Shown in pieces: positions 1 to 11,653 of a DNA stretch of 47,108 bases. Made by a program: the position numbers and the translations under genes. Location of the stretch: the NCBI GenBank assembly GCA_001275005.1, contig JWZX01003396.1, positions 1-47,108 of the forward strand, in the 5' to 3' direction. The number at the start of each line of letters is the position of its first letter. The stretch's first letter is position 1. This stretch comes from Chrysochromulina tobinii (Eukaryota). The notes under the pieces are model-generated. The model searched no databases and was not told the DNA's origin. It saw only the letters and a program-made list of their open reading frames with translations.

Positions 1-59
1 AACGAGCCGACCTGTGCCACCCACACGCTCGCCACTCGCCACGCCACTCTCGCCACAAA

Positions 60-142
60 TTCCCCAAACTAAATAGTGAAGAAACTTCCAAGACTTCCTC
101 CCTTTCCCCAAACTACATATGAAGACACTTCCTAGACTTCCT
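60..142. repeat. Imperfect direct repeat, 2 x ~40 bp
   Basis: ttccccaaactaaatagtgaagaaacttccaagacttcct (60-99) vs ttccccaaactacatatgaagacacttcctagacttcct (104-142). Confidence 0.85.
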
Positions 143-504
143 TTCGCCACTGGGGCCGTACCCCCTCGAGAAAACGCACGGGGCGGTTTGTCGTGGCCAG
201 GGAGCCCGGCAGCGACGCCCAGTCCCGCCCCTTAGAGAAAAAAAGGGCCGCAGCTTATTCATATTCGGCGTTTTCTGATCAGAATTTTCACAAGGTGCCG
301 CCCGCGGCGACCGATCCCGGCAGACGGCGACCCGGGACCTCCGTGCGGGTCACGGGACCGTGCGAGCCGCGAGCGACCGTCGGCTGGCACGCTCCGCCGG
401 ATCTGTAAACCCGATAGCGGTACCCGGGCGGCACTATCGTAACGAGCATCCACCGGCGTCGTCACGAACGCGAACAGGGAGCAGGCTGCTTTTACCTGAC
501 CGTT

Positions 505-2770
505 TTACCACCATCCAGATCTCCCGCCGACGCGACGCCCCTCAGCCGCAAAAATGTCCTGCGTCTGCTGTGGGAAGTCGGCCCCCCATGCCATGCGGAA
601 CAGCCACGCCTTGGGCAGGAGGTAGTCGTACTCGTGTGCGATCCAGCGGTAGATGGTGTCGTCGAGGTGAAGGTAAGGGCACAGTGTGAGGTTGTCGCCC
701 GTCTGCATGGCACACTCAAGTGCCTGAGGTACCCTCAAGATCCCCATGGTGGAAAAGGCCAATCTGCCATCAAACAAGACGACCACGAAGGTGTAAAGGC
801 CCGCCCCCAACAGGAGCGAGAGACACACGTAGACTGCGCAGTGCCGGGCGAAGGCGGCCGAGCGCCACGACGCGCCATTCTTGGTTCCATTCTTGGTTCC
901 CAGCGAGTCGCCTTGGCAGTGGGCAAAGATGTGCAGCTGCGCCGCGGTCAGGATACCCAGCCTGATAGACCAGTAGACGAGAATACCCCCGTAGTCTGCG
1001 CGCGCGGGAATCGAAGGCGGACTTGTCACATATTGTCACACAGAGGGGGTGGGCATCTCGCGCGCAAGCGTTGGCAGCGGCGGTAGCGGCAGCGGTTTAA
1101 GGCGGCGGCAGCGTGGCTGTGGCGGGGGCGGGGCGTTCGGCAATTTAGTCTCGCAGGGGGTAGGCGTGTCGCTCTGCTGCTGCTGCTCACAGGATGTGAT
1201 ACCCTCATACCCAAACGTTTGAGACGGATCCGTTTTGGGGAGCCGCTGCAGGAAGTACGCGATCAGCGGCATGACTATGTCGAGCACGAAGCAGAGCCAG
1301 CACCAAAACCCGATCAGCTGTTTGCCCAATGGGTTGAGGGGCGAGAGTGGAGAGGTCGCACGCGGCTTGGAGGACTCGAACTTGTCACGCCGCGACCGGC
1401 TGAGAAAGGCCTGGTACAGAAAGTCGTCCAGCTCGAAGACTGCGCGGGGGTGTCGAACAGGTGGAGCGGGAGTGGGAGGAAAAGTGGGAGGATGGCCTCG
1501 TTGGGAGAGGCGAGCTCATGCGGAGCAATCTAGGGCGAGCCCTACGACAACGATGCCCGGGCGCTGTGCGGCACGGTGTGTACGGTGTGCGGCACGGTGT
1601 GTATGATGTGCGGCACGGTGTGTATGATGTGCGCGGGCCATCGGGAGCGTTGGCCACAGAGAAATCCAATAGACCAAACGGCAGCCCGTCATGACGCTAC
1701 GCACCGAAGCCGATGGCGACCGAGTTGAGGATGATCTCCTGGGTGTCGACCGCGGCTGCGAAGTTGCCCGCGGCGCCGATGCCCGCGTACACAGGCAGCA
1801 TGAGCGAGCGGAACATCTGGAGAACGGCCAGGGAGAAGCAGAGCGAAAACCATCCGAGTCGGCGCAGCGCCCCGACCAACCGCGAGGTTTGAGATCGAGA
1901 AGGCAGTGGTGGCAGCGGCTGGCTGGCGCTGGCAGTTGCTGCTGGCGAGGCAAATGGCAGGCCGAGCATCATCTTGAGCTTCGCTTCGTAGAGGTGCTCC
2001 GGGAGGAGCCCACCGTCGAAGAGGTCTTTCAACCTGGTCAGTTCGGCCTTCATCTCATCGGCGATAGTAGCAGGCGACAACTGGCTCGGCTTCATTCTAG
2101 CGCTGTCGTCCTGCGCAGAGGAGGAGGAAAAAATGATGGTCGTGGACGTTGCAAACTTGTTGCGCTGCGCGAAGCTCCGTGTTGACCGTGTCCATCGGTT
2201 GGCCGCGCCGGCAACGCGGGCCGGCGCAGCGTCGCCGAGGATCCAATGCTCGAGCGGCGACGTGGTCAGCATGGTGGACTCGTTGTCTTTCTTCATGACC
2301 AGAGCCAGCAGCACGATGGAGCAGACCGAAGCGAGGCACTGGAGCAGCGGCAGCGAGGTGCCTGTGATCACCGAATTTGAGTAGAAGAGCGACTTATCCA
2401 TGTTATCAATGTAAGCTGGCAGCGCGTTGAGCGACTTGAGCAGCACCGACGCGTCGCAGTAGCCGTAGGCGTAGATGACCTGCACGAAGGTGAGCACGCA
2501 CAGCAACAACAGGCACACGGCGGCCTTCGCGACCGAGCCTCCGTCGAGCGACTCCTCCACGCAGTACGAGTACAGGTTGGTGATGTCGCTCGCGTCGGCC
2601 GTCTCCAAGTCGGCGGGGTTGTTATTGGCGCTGCCCTCCTCCTTTGCATCCTCCTTTGCATCCTCCTTCGCCTCTGTCACGCGAGGCGAAGGCGAAGTCG
2701 CGACATCCTGAACCTCGTTTTGGACGACGCCTTCGATGCTGGCAACATCGGCGACCTTGGCCGCCGGCAT
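505..2770 (-). CDS. Multi-pass membrane protein of unknown function with an internal SHOCT-like motif; 3 exons
   Basis: Exons 2770-1705, 1439-1191, 995-505. GT-AG introns 1704-1440 and 1190-996 join three ORF pieces in frame, giving IILNSVAIGF/VFELDDFLY and GITS/YYGGILVYW. Several hydrophobic helices. Start taken as ATG 2770 (MPAAKVADV); start uncertain. Confidence 0.75.
1565..1633. repeat. Intronic 21-bp tandem repeat, 3.3 copies
   Basis: Unit tgtgcggcacggtgtgta(cgg/tga), inside intron 1440-1704. Confidence 0.9.
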
Positions 2771-3054
2771 GAGGTCGGAGTGCACCAGCACATGGACCAC
2801 CGTTGGAACATGTTTGAAAACGTCATGAAACGTGCAAACAACACACGACCGCCGAGGAAAACCTTCGTTGGGGCACCCACCGGCGCGAGATATCGGGAGG
2901 GCGCGGCGCGGCGCAACTGGCATACGTACATGTGAGACAAAAGACTAAACATCTATCGGATAGGCCCGCGAGCACGAATCTAGTCGATCACGCTCCCGCG
3001 GCTATTACGAACCCCGGGATACGTTACCGGAAAGCCGAAGCCGGAACTGCTGGA

Positions 3055-3894
3055 TCATTGCCCAAGGAGAGTGCGCCCTGTGCTATCGTTGAGTACCCAG
3101 ACGCTGTTATCCTTGCCGTCGACGAGGGCGAGGGCATGGCGCAGCGCGGTCCATCCGTGTCTTGGCAACCGCTTGCTGGGTCGTCGCAGCTCGCCTGCGC
3201 GCACCATACCCGCAGCGCTCAGGCGTTTGGCGAGCATTGAACGCGTGGTGCCCCGCAGATGGGCGTGCTCGTACACGAGCGCGTGCGGCAACGCACTGCC
3301 CGTCAGCTCGTCGAGAAATCGCATCACGATGTCGGCGTCGTGCCCTTCGGCGTCGACCACCAGCACATCTGTTGGGCGAGAGATGCTCAGCGTCGACAGC
3401 TGCATGCACGGCACACTGGCATTCTCCACATTATCGAGGTAGACGCGCGCCATGCACGTCGGTGGGAGCGGATGCCCGAGCCTCTGTGCGCACGCCGCGC
3501 ACTGTGATGGCGTGTATTTGTAGTGACGCTGATGCGTGAGCACCTGTCGCCGCGTGAGCGATGCTGTGCCAGAGATGGCGCCCAAGTCGCCGAGACAGCG
3601 TACGTCGGAATGGTTGGCGCCAAAGCTTTTTGAAGTAGTATTGATGTACCATAATGTTGTGGAAGTCTGCGTCACGTCGGTGCATACTGCTTCCGCGCGC
3701 ACGGCGACAGCCGAGTTGCTGCTGTATCGCTCTCGCAATTTGGCCACATGCTGCGGCTGCGGCTCGATAAGCGTCGCCGACCACCCGTGCGAGATCATGT
3801 ACGGCACCGGGTCGTGCGAAAACGCGTAGCTCGCGGAGTGGGTGTTCGCACCGACCTGAACGACGCGTAGCGCGTCGTTGTGCGAAAGCGCCAT
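3055..3894 (-). CDS. FkbM-family SAM-dependent methyltransferase
   Basis: VVQVGAN, LIEPQP, VVDAEGHDADI and LVYEH motifs typical of FkbM; ATG at 3894 (MALSHND). Confidence 0.8.
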   Translation of the reverse strand: MALSHNDALRVVQVGANTHSASYAFSHDPVPYMISHGWSATLIEPQPQHVAKLRERYSSNSAVAVRAEAVCTDVTQTSTTLWYINTTSKSFGANHSDVRCLGDLGAISGTASLTRRQVLTHQRHYKYTPSQCAACAQRLGHPLPPTCMARVYLDNVENASVPCMQLSTLSISRPTDVLVVDAEGHDADIVMRFLDELTGSALPHALVYEHAHLRGTTRSMLAKRLSAAGMVRAGELRRPSKRLPRHGWTALRHALALVDGKDNSVWVLNDSTGRTLLGQ

Positions 3895-4321
3895 TTCTGA
3901 GGAGAAGCGTGTGAATCTGAGGTGTGAATGTCGACGCGAGACGGGGTTTGGGGTTGGGCGGGTGTGTTTGCGGGTTGTGCGTGCTGTGATACACACTGGC
4001 CAACCCGGCTGCACTCCCTGCCAATTCCGATTTTGCGGTGCTGGCTACTGCACACTGAGCATGTACCACAACGGCTCCGACGCGAGAGACTGGCACTGGA
4101 CGTAAGCCATGGGACTCTCGCGTTGATGGATCCACGTAATTCCACATAAGTCCACAGGCACAGCACACATGCAAGGGGGAGCGTTTGAAATGCTTGCGCG
4201 ACGCGCTGGCAGACGCGCATGCCCGCACCAACTGCATCATACCACCCTGCCCCAAAGTCGATTGAAGGGCGCCTCCCGCGCCAACGATACCTACCGGCAG
4301 GCCGCCGCTGGCCGGCCGAGG

Positions 4322-5380
4322 CTACATGTCCTCTACGACTAGCGGCGCAGGGGGTGGCGGCGCCGGGGGTGGCGGCTCCGCGGCGGCAGCGTCCAGGACG
4401 GACTTGAGACGGCGTGTGAGCTGTTTTTCGAGGCTGGGCGGGAGCGGCGCCGGGAGCTCATCAGGCATCGTCTCCTCATCTTGCACCACCACCTTGCGGC
4501 GCGAGAAAGCTTTCTCAGCCGCCTCGAGTTGCGTGAGCTGGAGGGAGAGCGCCTCGTGCTTCGCGCGCAGCCCGTGCGTGTCGATGACAAAGGGCATCTT
4601 GTCGAGCTCCGCGTGCAGCTTTCGCTGCCCGTCGCGTACGAGGCCGAGCACGCGAACGCGCTCCAGCTCCTCGAGGAAGTGCGTGCCTTCGGGGCACTCG
4701 CGTGGGCGCGCCCTAGCCGCGCGCTCCTCCGCTTGTTGCGCGAGCTCGAGCTTCCGGTCGAGCAGGTAGGGCGGCAGTCGGCCGTGGTGGCGGCTCTTGC
4801 CGCCCGTGCCCGGCGGCGAGCCGGGAGCCGCTGCGGCCACCGTCTTGCGCGGAGTCAAGCTCGAGAGCTCGGCGTTGCGCTTGACAAAGTCAACCGTGGG
4901 TGCTGCCGGAGGGGCGGCCAGCTCGTCGCGGCGCGGCACAGGCGGCTTGCGCGCGCCCGGCTCGGGTTCGGGCATGCCCTCGTAGAGCAGTGGCGGCGGC
5001 GCCCAAGCGGTGAAGACGCGGCCGGCCGGCCCATCGGGCTTTGGGCACGCGAACGGCTTTGGCTCCGGAGGCTTGCGCGGCGGCAGCGCGGGGTCAGCGG
5101 TCGCTGGCCTTGCGAGTGCGGCGGCGACGCGCGACTCCACATTAGCAAAACGCGGGGACGCCTTGGGCGTCTTGGCCGCCTCGGCGGCCTGGCGACGCTG
5201 CTCGTTGAGCTTTTGCAACGCCTTGATGTGCGCCCGATTGTCGCGCGAGAAGTCGTGCGGTTTGACGCCCTTGCGGCGCTGCGCGTCGCGGACACCGTGC
5301 ACGGGGCTGAGAAGCTCGGCCATGCGGTCCGAGCGGTGGTGCCCATAGTTGGGTTTGGGCTGCAGCTGGGCCGCCAGCAT
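4322..5380 (-). CDS. ENKD1: Enkurin domain-containing protein (ENKD1-like, flagellar/calmodulin-binding family)
   Basis: KPHDFSRDN, GRLPPYLLDRK, CPEGTHFLEELER...LDKMPF...LTQLEAAEKAFSRRKVVV match the enkurin domain layout; first in-frame ATG at 5380. Confidence 0.8.
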   Translation of the reverse strand: MLAAQLQPKPNYGHHRSDRMAELLSPVHGVRDAQRRKGVKPHDFSRDNRAHIKALQKLNEQRRQAAEAAKTPKASPRFANVESRVAAALARPATADPALPPRKPPEPKPFACPKPDGPAGRVFTAWAPPPLLYEGMPEPEPGARKPPVPRRDELAAPPAAPTVDFVKRNAELSSLTPRKTVAAAAPGSPPGTGGKSRHHGRLPPYLLDRKLELAQQAEERAARARPRECPEGTHFLEELERVRVLGLVRDGQRKLHAELDKMPFVIDTHGLRAKHEALSLQLTQLEAAEKAFSRRKVVVQDEETMPDELPAPLPPSLEKQLTRRLKSVLDAAAAEPPPPAPPPPAPLVVEDM

Positions 5381-5677
5381 TCGTCGGCGCCGAAAGCGCG
5401 CGAAATCATTCACGCTTCACGCGAATTTTTCCCTCGTGGACGGCATGAGAAAGTCGATTTTCAAATCTTCTCTTGAGATCTCCGGCGTTTTCCAATGTGA
5501 AACTGGGAGGGAGAATTTTTTGACTGTGAAACAGGAAAATGGCTACCCTATCGGCGCTTTGCTCGCTCGACTCTGTCGGCCACTTGTTTCGTCTGAACGC
5601 CGCCTTGCCTGGGCCTCTGCGCAGGCACCCGCGCACACCCCGCCGTTCGTGAATTCGGCTCGAGTCGCGGCGCCGCC

Positions 5678-6469
5678 ATGAACATCTTCCGCTTTCTCGG
5701 CGATATGAGTCACATCTTGTCCTTTGTTATCCTGCTGCTCAAGATCACGCAGGGCAAGAGCGCAGCAGGCATCTCGCTGCGCACGCAGGAGCTCTATATG
5801 AGTACGCCGCACTAGCAGCGGCGCGAACGACAAGCACCCACCTGTTATCAGCATGGTTGCCGCTGCCGCTACCACTGCTGCTGCGCCTGTGGCTCGCCAC
5901 CAACCACCGATCGCGTCGTCTCTCGCCCGCTCCGCGCAGTCGTCTTCTGCTCGCGCTACCTTGACCTCTTCTGGAACTTCTCGTCCTTGTACAATTCATT
6001 CCTAAAAGTCGTCTTCATCGCCTGCTCGTCGGCGATCGTCTACATTATCCGCTTCAAGTCTCCGCAAAAGGACACATGGAACCCTGAGCTGGACAACTTT
6101 CCGATCCAGTACCTGATCGGCCCATGCGCGGTGGCCGGCCTGCTGATCAATCAGGATTGGACTCCATTCGAGATGATCTGGGCCTTCTCCATCTACCTTG
6201 AGGCGGTCGCCATTCTGCCGCAGCTCTTCCTGCTCCAAAAGCAGGGCGAGGTCGAGAACCTCACCTCGCATTACGTGGCCGCGCTCGGCGCATACCGTGG
6301 CCTGTACCTGATGAACTGGGTCTACCGCTATTTCACCGAGGACGACTACCTGCAGCGCATCGTGTGGTTCGCAGGCACCGTCCAGACTGGCCTCTACATT
6401 GACTTCTTCTACCACTATTATCAGAGCAAGCGCGGTGGGCTCAGCCGGCCCGTCAAGCTGCCCGTCTGA
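5678..6469 (+). CDS. ERD2: ER lumen protein-retaining (KDEL/HDEL) receptor; 2 exons
   Basis: join(5678..5801,5940..6469); MNIFRFLGDMSH, GISLRTQELY, RYLDLF, FSIYLEAVAILPQL, LGAYRGLY; intron GTACG...GCGCAG restores the frame. Confidence 0.97.
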
Positions 6470-7028
6470 CGTCTGAACGTGCGGCCGAGGTTCGCGGCGG
6501 CAGCAGCGACAACTGAACTTGCGCGTGCGTGGCGGAGAGACGACGCGCGGACGTCCTCTTAGCAGGGGGCATGTGCTCCCTCCCTGTGGATCGGAGCGCG
6601 AGACCGATTACGGAGAACAGAGAGCCCGAGGGACGCAGAGGTTCTCGACCGACGCGCGCGCGCGCGTGCGACGAAGGTGAAACTAGAGAGTCGACTGAAT
6701 TGCAACATTAAAGGGTACCCTAAAGTCCATAATCTCATGTTCGGCGCTGCCGCACTGAGCACTGACCCTTGCACTGTGCGCCACTGTGCACTGACCGAAA
6801 GTTGCACTTATATAGTTGCACAACACGTGTGCGTGCACATCTGCGCGCATGCCTCGCACTTGTCTTTTAACCACTCCCTGGCACCCCCAGTGTGACTCTA
6901 CGTGTACAACGCGCGCGGCTGGGCGCCCACCGCACGTGCTGTGTGAGCCCTCTGACGAAAAAGCATACCGCACAGCTATACAAAGTATGGGCGCGAAGGC
7001 GCAGGCCGCAAGCGCGCCGCCTAAACGC

Positions 7029-7488
7029 TCAACTCGGATCGCCATCTGCGATGGTGAGAATCGGGGGAAAGGCTCCGGTGAGAATAATAGCCCGGCGGCT
7101 TACAAAGCCCGGCGAGCTCTCCACATGCGCTGGGGCTCCTTGCATACCGGCAAAGTACATGGGTTTTCGGATGTAGATGCCGTACTCGCGGGCGCTCTGC
7201 ATAAGGTCCTCGGTCGTGAGGGTCAGCCGACCTTTCTGCTGCCTTTGCTTGCAGATGCGCAAAGCGTCGTTGGTCAAATCGGCGACGAACTTGTGTGCAG
7301 CGTAGCGAGGCCAGGCGTGTGACGCGCGGGTCGTTGCACTGGTAGCCCGATAGTCCGAGGTAGTACTGTGTGACCGCGTCAGGAACTATTGGCTGGTAGG
7401 ACTCCATGGCACGTAGCAACTCCTCCGCTGCGGCGGACGCCTGCGCGTCGTCGCCGAGGGCCGCGGGCACGCTCGCGCTGGACGCCAT
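7029..7488 (-). CDS. TAF10: TFIID subunit 10, interrupted by a one-base insertion near 7302 (sequencing error or defective allele)
   Basis: Y.PIVPDAVTQYYL..SG.QC.DPRVTRLASL, then in the +1 frame AAHKFVADLTNDAL...LTLTTEDL...EYGI.IRKP.YF. A probable 102-bp intron (7147-7046) gives the ending YFADGDPS*. Confidence 0.9.
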
Positions 7489-7990
7489 TGGCGTTCACAC
7501 CAAATCGCGCTATTTTTTTGCCTGCCGAATTGAGTGTTGATTACATTGTTACACAATCGGTCAAAACTTCTTTCAAAGAAGTCGACGCTTTCACACGTGG
7601 AATCGCAAGTGTTACGTGTCGGCCTCTCTCGTAGGTTCCTCTGCTCCTGCTCGCCGTGCTGCTGCTGCTGGCGGCGCGAGCGTGATAGAGCAACGAGCGT
7701 GGGGCGTTGCTCCCTGCAATCCGCTGTGCCGTGCCACTGAATCAGCCTGCGACGCTTCCAGATGGCCACCCCAGCTATGCTCGCAGCGATCGGCCGGCTT
7801 GCGCCGGCCCTCATCACTGCTCAGCAGGCCTGCTGTCTGCGGCTGGATGTTGCGAGCGGTCTGCTGCGTGATTCTGACGCCCACCTCCAGCCGCCCTCTG
7901 CATGTGCTTTTAACCTAACCGGCGCTCGCCTGCTTCGCGTGCCTACCCGTTGCCGTTGCGATCATCGCAGTGAGGAACTACAGTGCTACG

Positions 7991-9365
7991 ATGTCATACG
8001 GCGGCTTTCATACGCGACAGGAGCAAGAAGACGTCCTAGCTGCGCAGATAACCAACCCGAATCGCGTTGGCTCTGGCTTCATTAACCTGGGACCCATGCA
8101 GCGCATTCCGCAAGTGACGGCGGCGGCCAACTGGCAGACAGCGGAGCTCGTTGGCGTCAATGGGGGTGCGACGGCGCCGCCCTCGCTGTCAGACATTTGG
8201 AACAAGCAGGCGGCGCCGCCACCGCCGCCCGGCATGGGATCGCGGCTGCCACCGGGCGCGACGCAGCACGCCGCGCCGCAGCAGTACGCACGGCCAGGCG
8301 GCGCTTTCGCTGCGCCCATGACGGCGCCCGCCTCCTTGGGCAACGCCTCCCTTGGGTGGCGTCAACGGCATGTTTGACTCCTTCTCTATCAACCCGCAGG
8401 CCCGTGCGCTCGCATCGCAGCAGGCGCAGGCCGCGGCACAGGCGCAGGCCGCGGTGCGGGCGCAGGTGGTGCAGTCCGCCGCCGTGCAGGCGCAGGCGCA
8501 GCAAGCGCGCTCGTTTTCAGCGATGCAGCCGTCGCTACAGCAGCCGTTCATGAACGGCTCTGTGGCCGGGCCGCCGGCCCCGCCGCCGCAGGCGCCGCCC
8601 GGCTCCCTGATGTCCATGCTCGGCGCGACGGCACCCCAGCCGCCCCCGCCTGCGCCGAGCCTGCATGCAAGCTTTGGGACCCTAGGTCTGGGCAACGGCT
8701 TATTGCCTGCCGTGCCGCCCGCGCGCTTGCAGGCGGCTTTCAACGGCTCTGTGCCGCCGGTCGCGCAGTGCCAGCTGCCGCCCCAGCCCACGCCAGGATT
8801 CGGTGGCGTGCCCCACGCGTTTGGCTCCGCGCCGAGCGCACGTGGTGCACCGCCGCCCGCACCGCCCGCGCCGCCCGCGCCGAAGACGCTCTCGTCGACG
8901 CTCTCGACGACGGCCGACTACGGCGCGGCGGCGGCGGCGTGGAAGCCCCCGCCGACGAGCTCGAATGTCTCGAGCACGAGCGTCGCGCGCAAGCCCGAGA
9001 CTGCTCCGTCCGCGTCGGGCAAGTCGAGCGGCGCTGGCACGCCTCGTGCGGCCCAGGGGCCTTCTGAGTGGGAATGCCGTCGGTGCACCTTCCTCAACAA
9101 CGGCGCGCTTTCCGAGTGCGAGATGTGTGGCTTCGAGCGCCCGGCAAAGGAGGGCGCTGCTGCTGGCAAAGGCAGCAGCGCCCCGCCCGACACGGCGGCC
9201 TCGACGCCGCGCGCCACTGCCGATGACGACGCGGGCTGGAAGCCCGCTGGGCGTGTCGAGCGCAAGGGGCCTGCCGGACAGCCGGTGCCGTCGGTCGCGG
9301 GTAAGTCCAAGGCGCAAGCCAAGAACGAGAAGCGGCGCGCCAAGAAGCGGGACGGCTTGGAATGA
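7991..9365 (+). CDS. Pro/Gln/Ala-rich protein with a RanBP2/NZF zinc finger; apparent +1 frameshift at 8349-8351
   Basis: WECRRCTFLN...CEMC finger at ~9069-9133; basic C-terminus; ORFs 7970..8377 and 8352..9365 join if one C of the ccc run is removed. Start uncertain. Confidence 0.7.
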
Positions 9366-10288
9366 GGCGTGGATGGCCATCACACCCCAACCATAATGTG
9401 CAGCCCGACCATAGGTAGCTTCTGTCGGCGCGGTACCGACTATGATGATGATGGCGAGGGGCCGTGGGCGAGCTCGCCTCAGAGCTCCATCCCCTGAATT
9501 CGCCACCTTGGAGCGATGGAGATGGCAGACGGCAGTGGCATGGGGCGATTCGAGAAGCAGTTTGGGATGAAATGATGAGCAGGGGGCGCTGCGAGACGGG
9601 GTGCACCGGAGCAGTGAGGCTTCGTCGGCTTCGTCAGCGGCGCACGGGAGCAGGGGCACCGCGCCCGGTCGAGAGTCAGCCCGCGGGCACTGCCTGTGGG
9701 TTGCGCACTCGAGTCCGGCGTTCCGGTGCGGAGGTTAATTGTCAAGCTGTCAACAGGACGCGCACAGTGAGCTCTATAGGGTTGAAGCGAAGGCGGCGGT
9801 TCCTGGTGCATGCTGCGCCCGGCCGCGGCTCCGCCACACCGTCCGGTGCAACACATCTGGGGTGTACTGTACAGCTGTTTCGCCGAGGGGTCGTTATTGA
9901 AAAGGTTATTTTGAAGCGTTAACTCGTAGTCTCGCGCGTCGACATCCGACCGCGTAAAAACGAGTCCTTCTCGCCCTCAGTCGCGGGACCGAGCCGGGAC
10001 CGCGCTCCGCGGCCCCGGACGCGGGACCGGGACCCGCGCCGGGAGCGCGAAGGCGGTTCAACCGCAGCGTAACCGTCAACTCTCCGCGCGCGGGGGGATT
10101 GGGGTGATCCTTTGCTGAGCTGCGATTGGGAGGGTCCTTCCCCCGGCGCATTCAGATAAAAATCCGTATCGCGCGTCGCGGCGCGGCGGCGCACGCAGTC
10201 AGACTTGACCATTCTCCAGCGGTCTGGGACGTCGAGCGCCCTGTTGCTGTTGCACACGCACGCCCCGCCTGCACGGCGCTCATGCGAG

Positions 10289-11653
10289 CTACGCGTTGGA
10301 GACCGCCGGTGAGGGAGCTGGCGGCGGGCGGCTCCCTCCCGCTGGCGTGACAACGTTGACGCGCAGTGGCGCCGGAGGCTTCGCGCCGCCGCGGGGGCTC
10401 GTCGAGCGCGTCGGAGTGCGCTGCACCATCGGTCTGGGTTCGCCCATGATCTGCATGGCGGCAGCGAGGACGGGCGCGGCCCCACCCGAGCCCGCCACGG
10501 GCGCCGCCAGCTCCGACCCAGCCACCATGGACGTCGGAATCGGTGAGCTTGAGCGGTACGCGGCCTTGATCCCAAAGCGAGCACTCAGGTCTGCGTCTTG
10601 CATGCACGGCCGCATCGAGTACACGGACACCCGGCTGAGCGCGCTTTCGTCGCGTGCGGCCGGCGCGGTCGGTGGCGAGCGCGGACCCACTGCCGGTCGC
10701 GGGATCGTGGCGAGATGGTGTGCATGGCGCAAGGACGGGATTGGCACGTATGAAGGTGCCCTCCGCACCGCCGGAATGCTCTGGCCAGGCACACTGGTGC
10801 TCGCCGCATCGGCCGTGGGTAGGGCCGCGTCGCCCTCGGCGGAATCTAGGAGGCCGCCGCCGCCACCGAGCGTGCTGCTGCTGCTACCCAGCGCCGCACG
10901 CGGTGAGCCTGGCTGTATCGCATAAAGCTCCGCTGACGCGAGCTCGCGCCCATGGTGCGCGCGGTGGCTGCCAGCGCTCGGTGACGTGCGCTCGAGCACG
11001 TGGTCCCCGTGGCGCGGCGTGAATCCCCGCAACCCACGGCTCACCGGTTCGGCCGTCAAAGTGGCCTGAGGCGCCGTGGGTGTCAACCCTCGACGTAGCC
11101 GCGCAGGCGCCGGCGCGGCAGCGCTCGCGGCAGCGCTCGCGGCAGGGGCAGGGGCAGGGGCAGCGGACGACGCGGCGGCCATGGGTATGGGCTCGTCGCC
11201 CACTTGCGGCGCGCCACTCACAGCTTCGAGCAGCGTCGGTGTCGGAGCCCACAACGTGCCGTTCGTCGCTCGCGGGCTGCCCAAGCGCGGGCTGGCAGGA
11301 TGGGGAGGCAGCTCGAGGTTGTTGATGGCTGCGAGTCTGTTGATCTGTTTGCGCCCGGATCCTAGCCGCGGCGATTCGACTTTGTCCGCTTGCTTCGGCT
11401 GCAGTTTCGATGGGACTGCCGTGGGATCAAGGAGCTTTTCCAAGAGATCGGCAAGGTATTTGGGTTGTGCTGTGCCTGCAGCCGGCGGCGGCAGATTGTC
11501 ATGTGCCGCACGCGGCCGCGGCGAGTGCTGCGTCAATGAGAAGCCACCGCCAGTGCGGAAGGTGGGCGTCCAGCCGGCCCCTGCGTTATCCGGCGTCCAT
11601 CCGCGGAGCTCCTGCCGCATCCGTGCGGGCGGCAGGTCGGCGTTGTGCAGCAT
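10289..11653 (-). CDS. Hypothetical disordered Pro/Ser/Ala/Arg-rich protein
   Basis: Long ORF with many SPR/TPR motifs and no recognisable domain; ATG 11653 assumed. Confidence 0.5.
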   Translation of the reverse strand: MLHNADLPPARMRQELRGWTPDNAGAGWTPTFRTGGGFSLTQHSPRPRAAHDNLPPPAAGTAQPKYLADLLEKLLDPTAVPSKLQPKQADKVESPRLGSGRKQINRLAAINNLELPPHPASPRLGSPRATNGTLWAPTPTLLEAVSGAPQVGDEPIPMAAASSAAPAPAPAASAAASAAAPAPARLRRGLTPTAPQATLTAEPVSRGLRGFTPRHGDHVLERTSPSAGSHRAHHGRELASAELYAIQPGSPRAALGSSSSTLGGGGGLLDSAEGDAALPTADAASTSVPGQSIPAVRRAPSYVPIPSLRHAHHLATIPRPAVGPRSPPTAPAARDESALSRVSVYSMRPCMQDADLSARFGIKAAYRSSSPIPTSMVAGSELAAPVAGSGGAAPVLAAAMQIMGEPRPMVQRTPTRSTSPRGGAKPPAPLRVNVVTPAGGSRPPPAPSPAVSNA

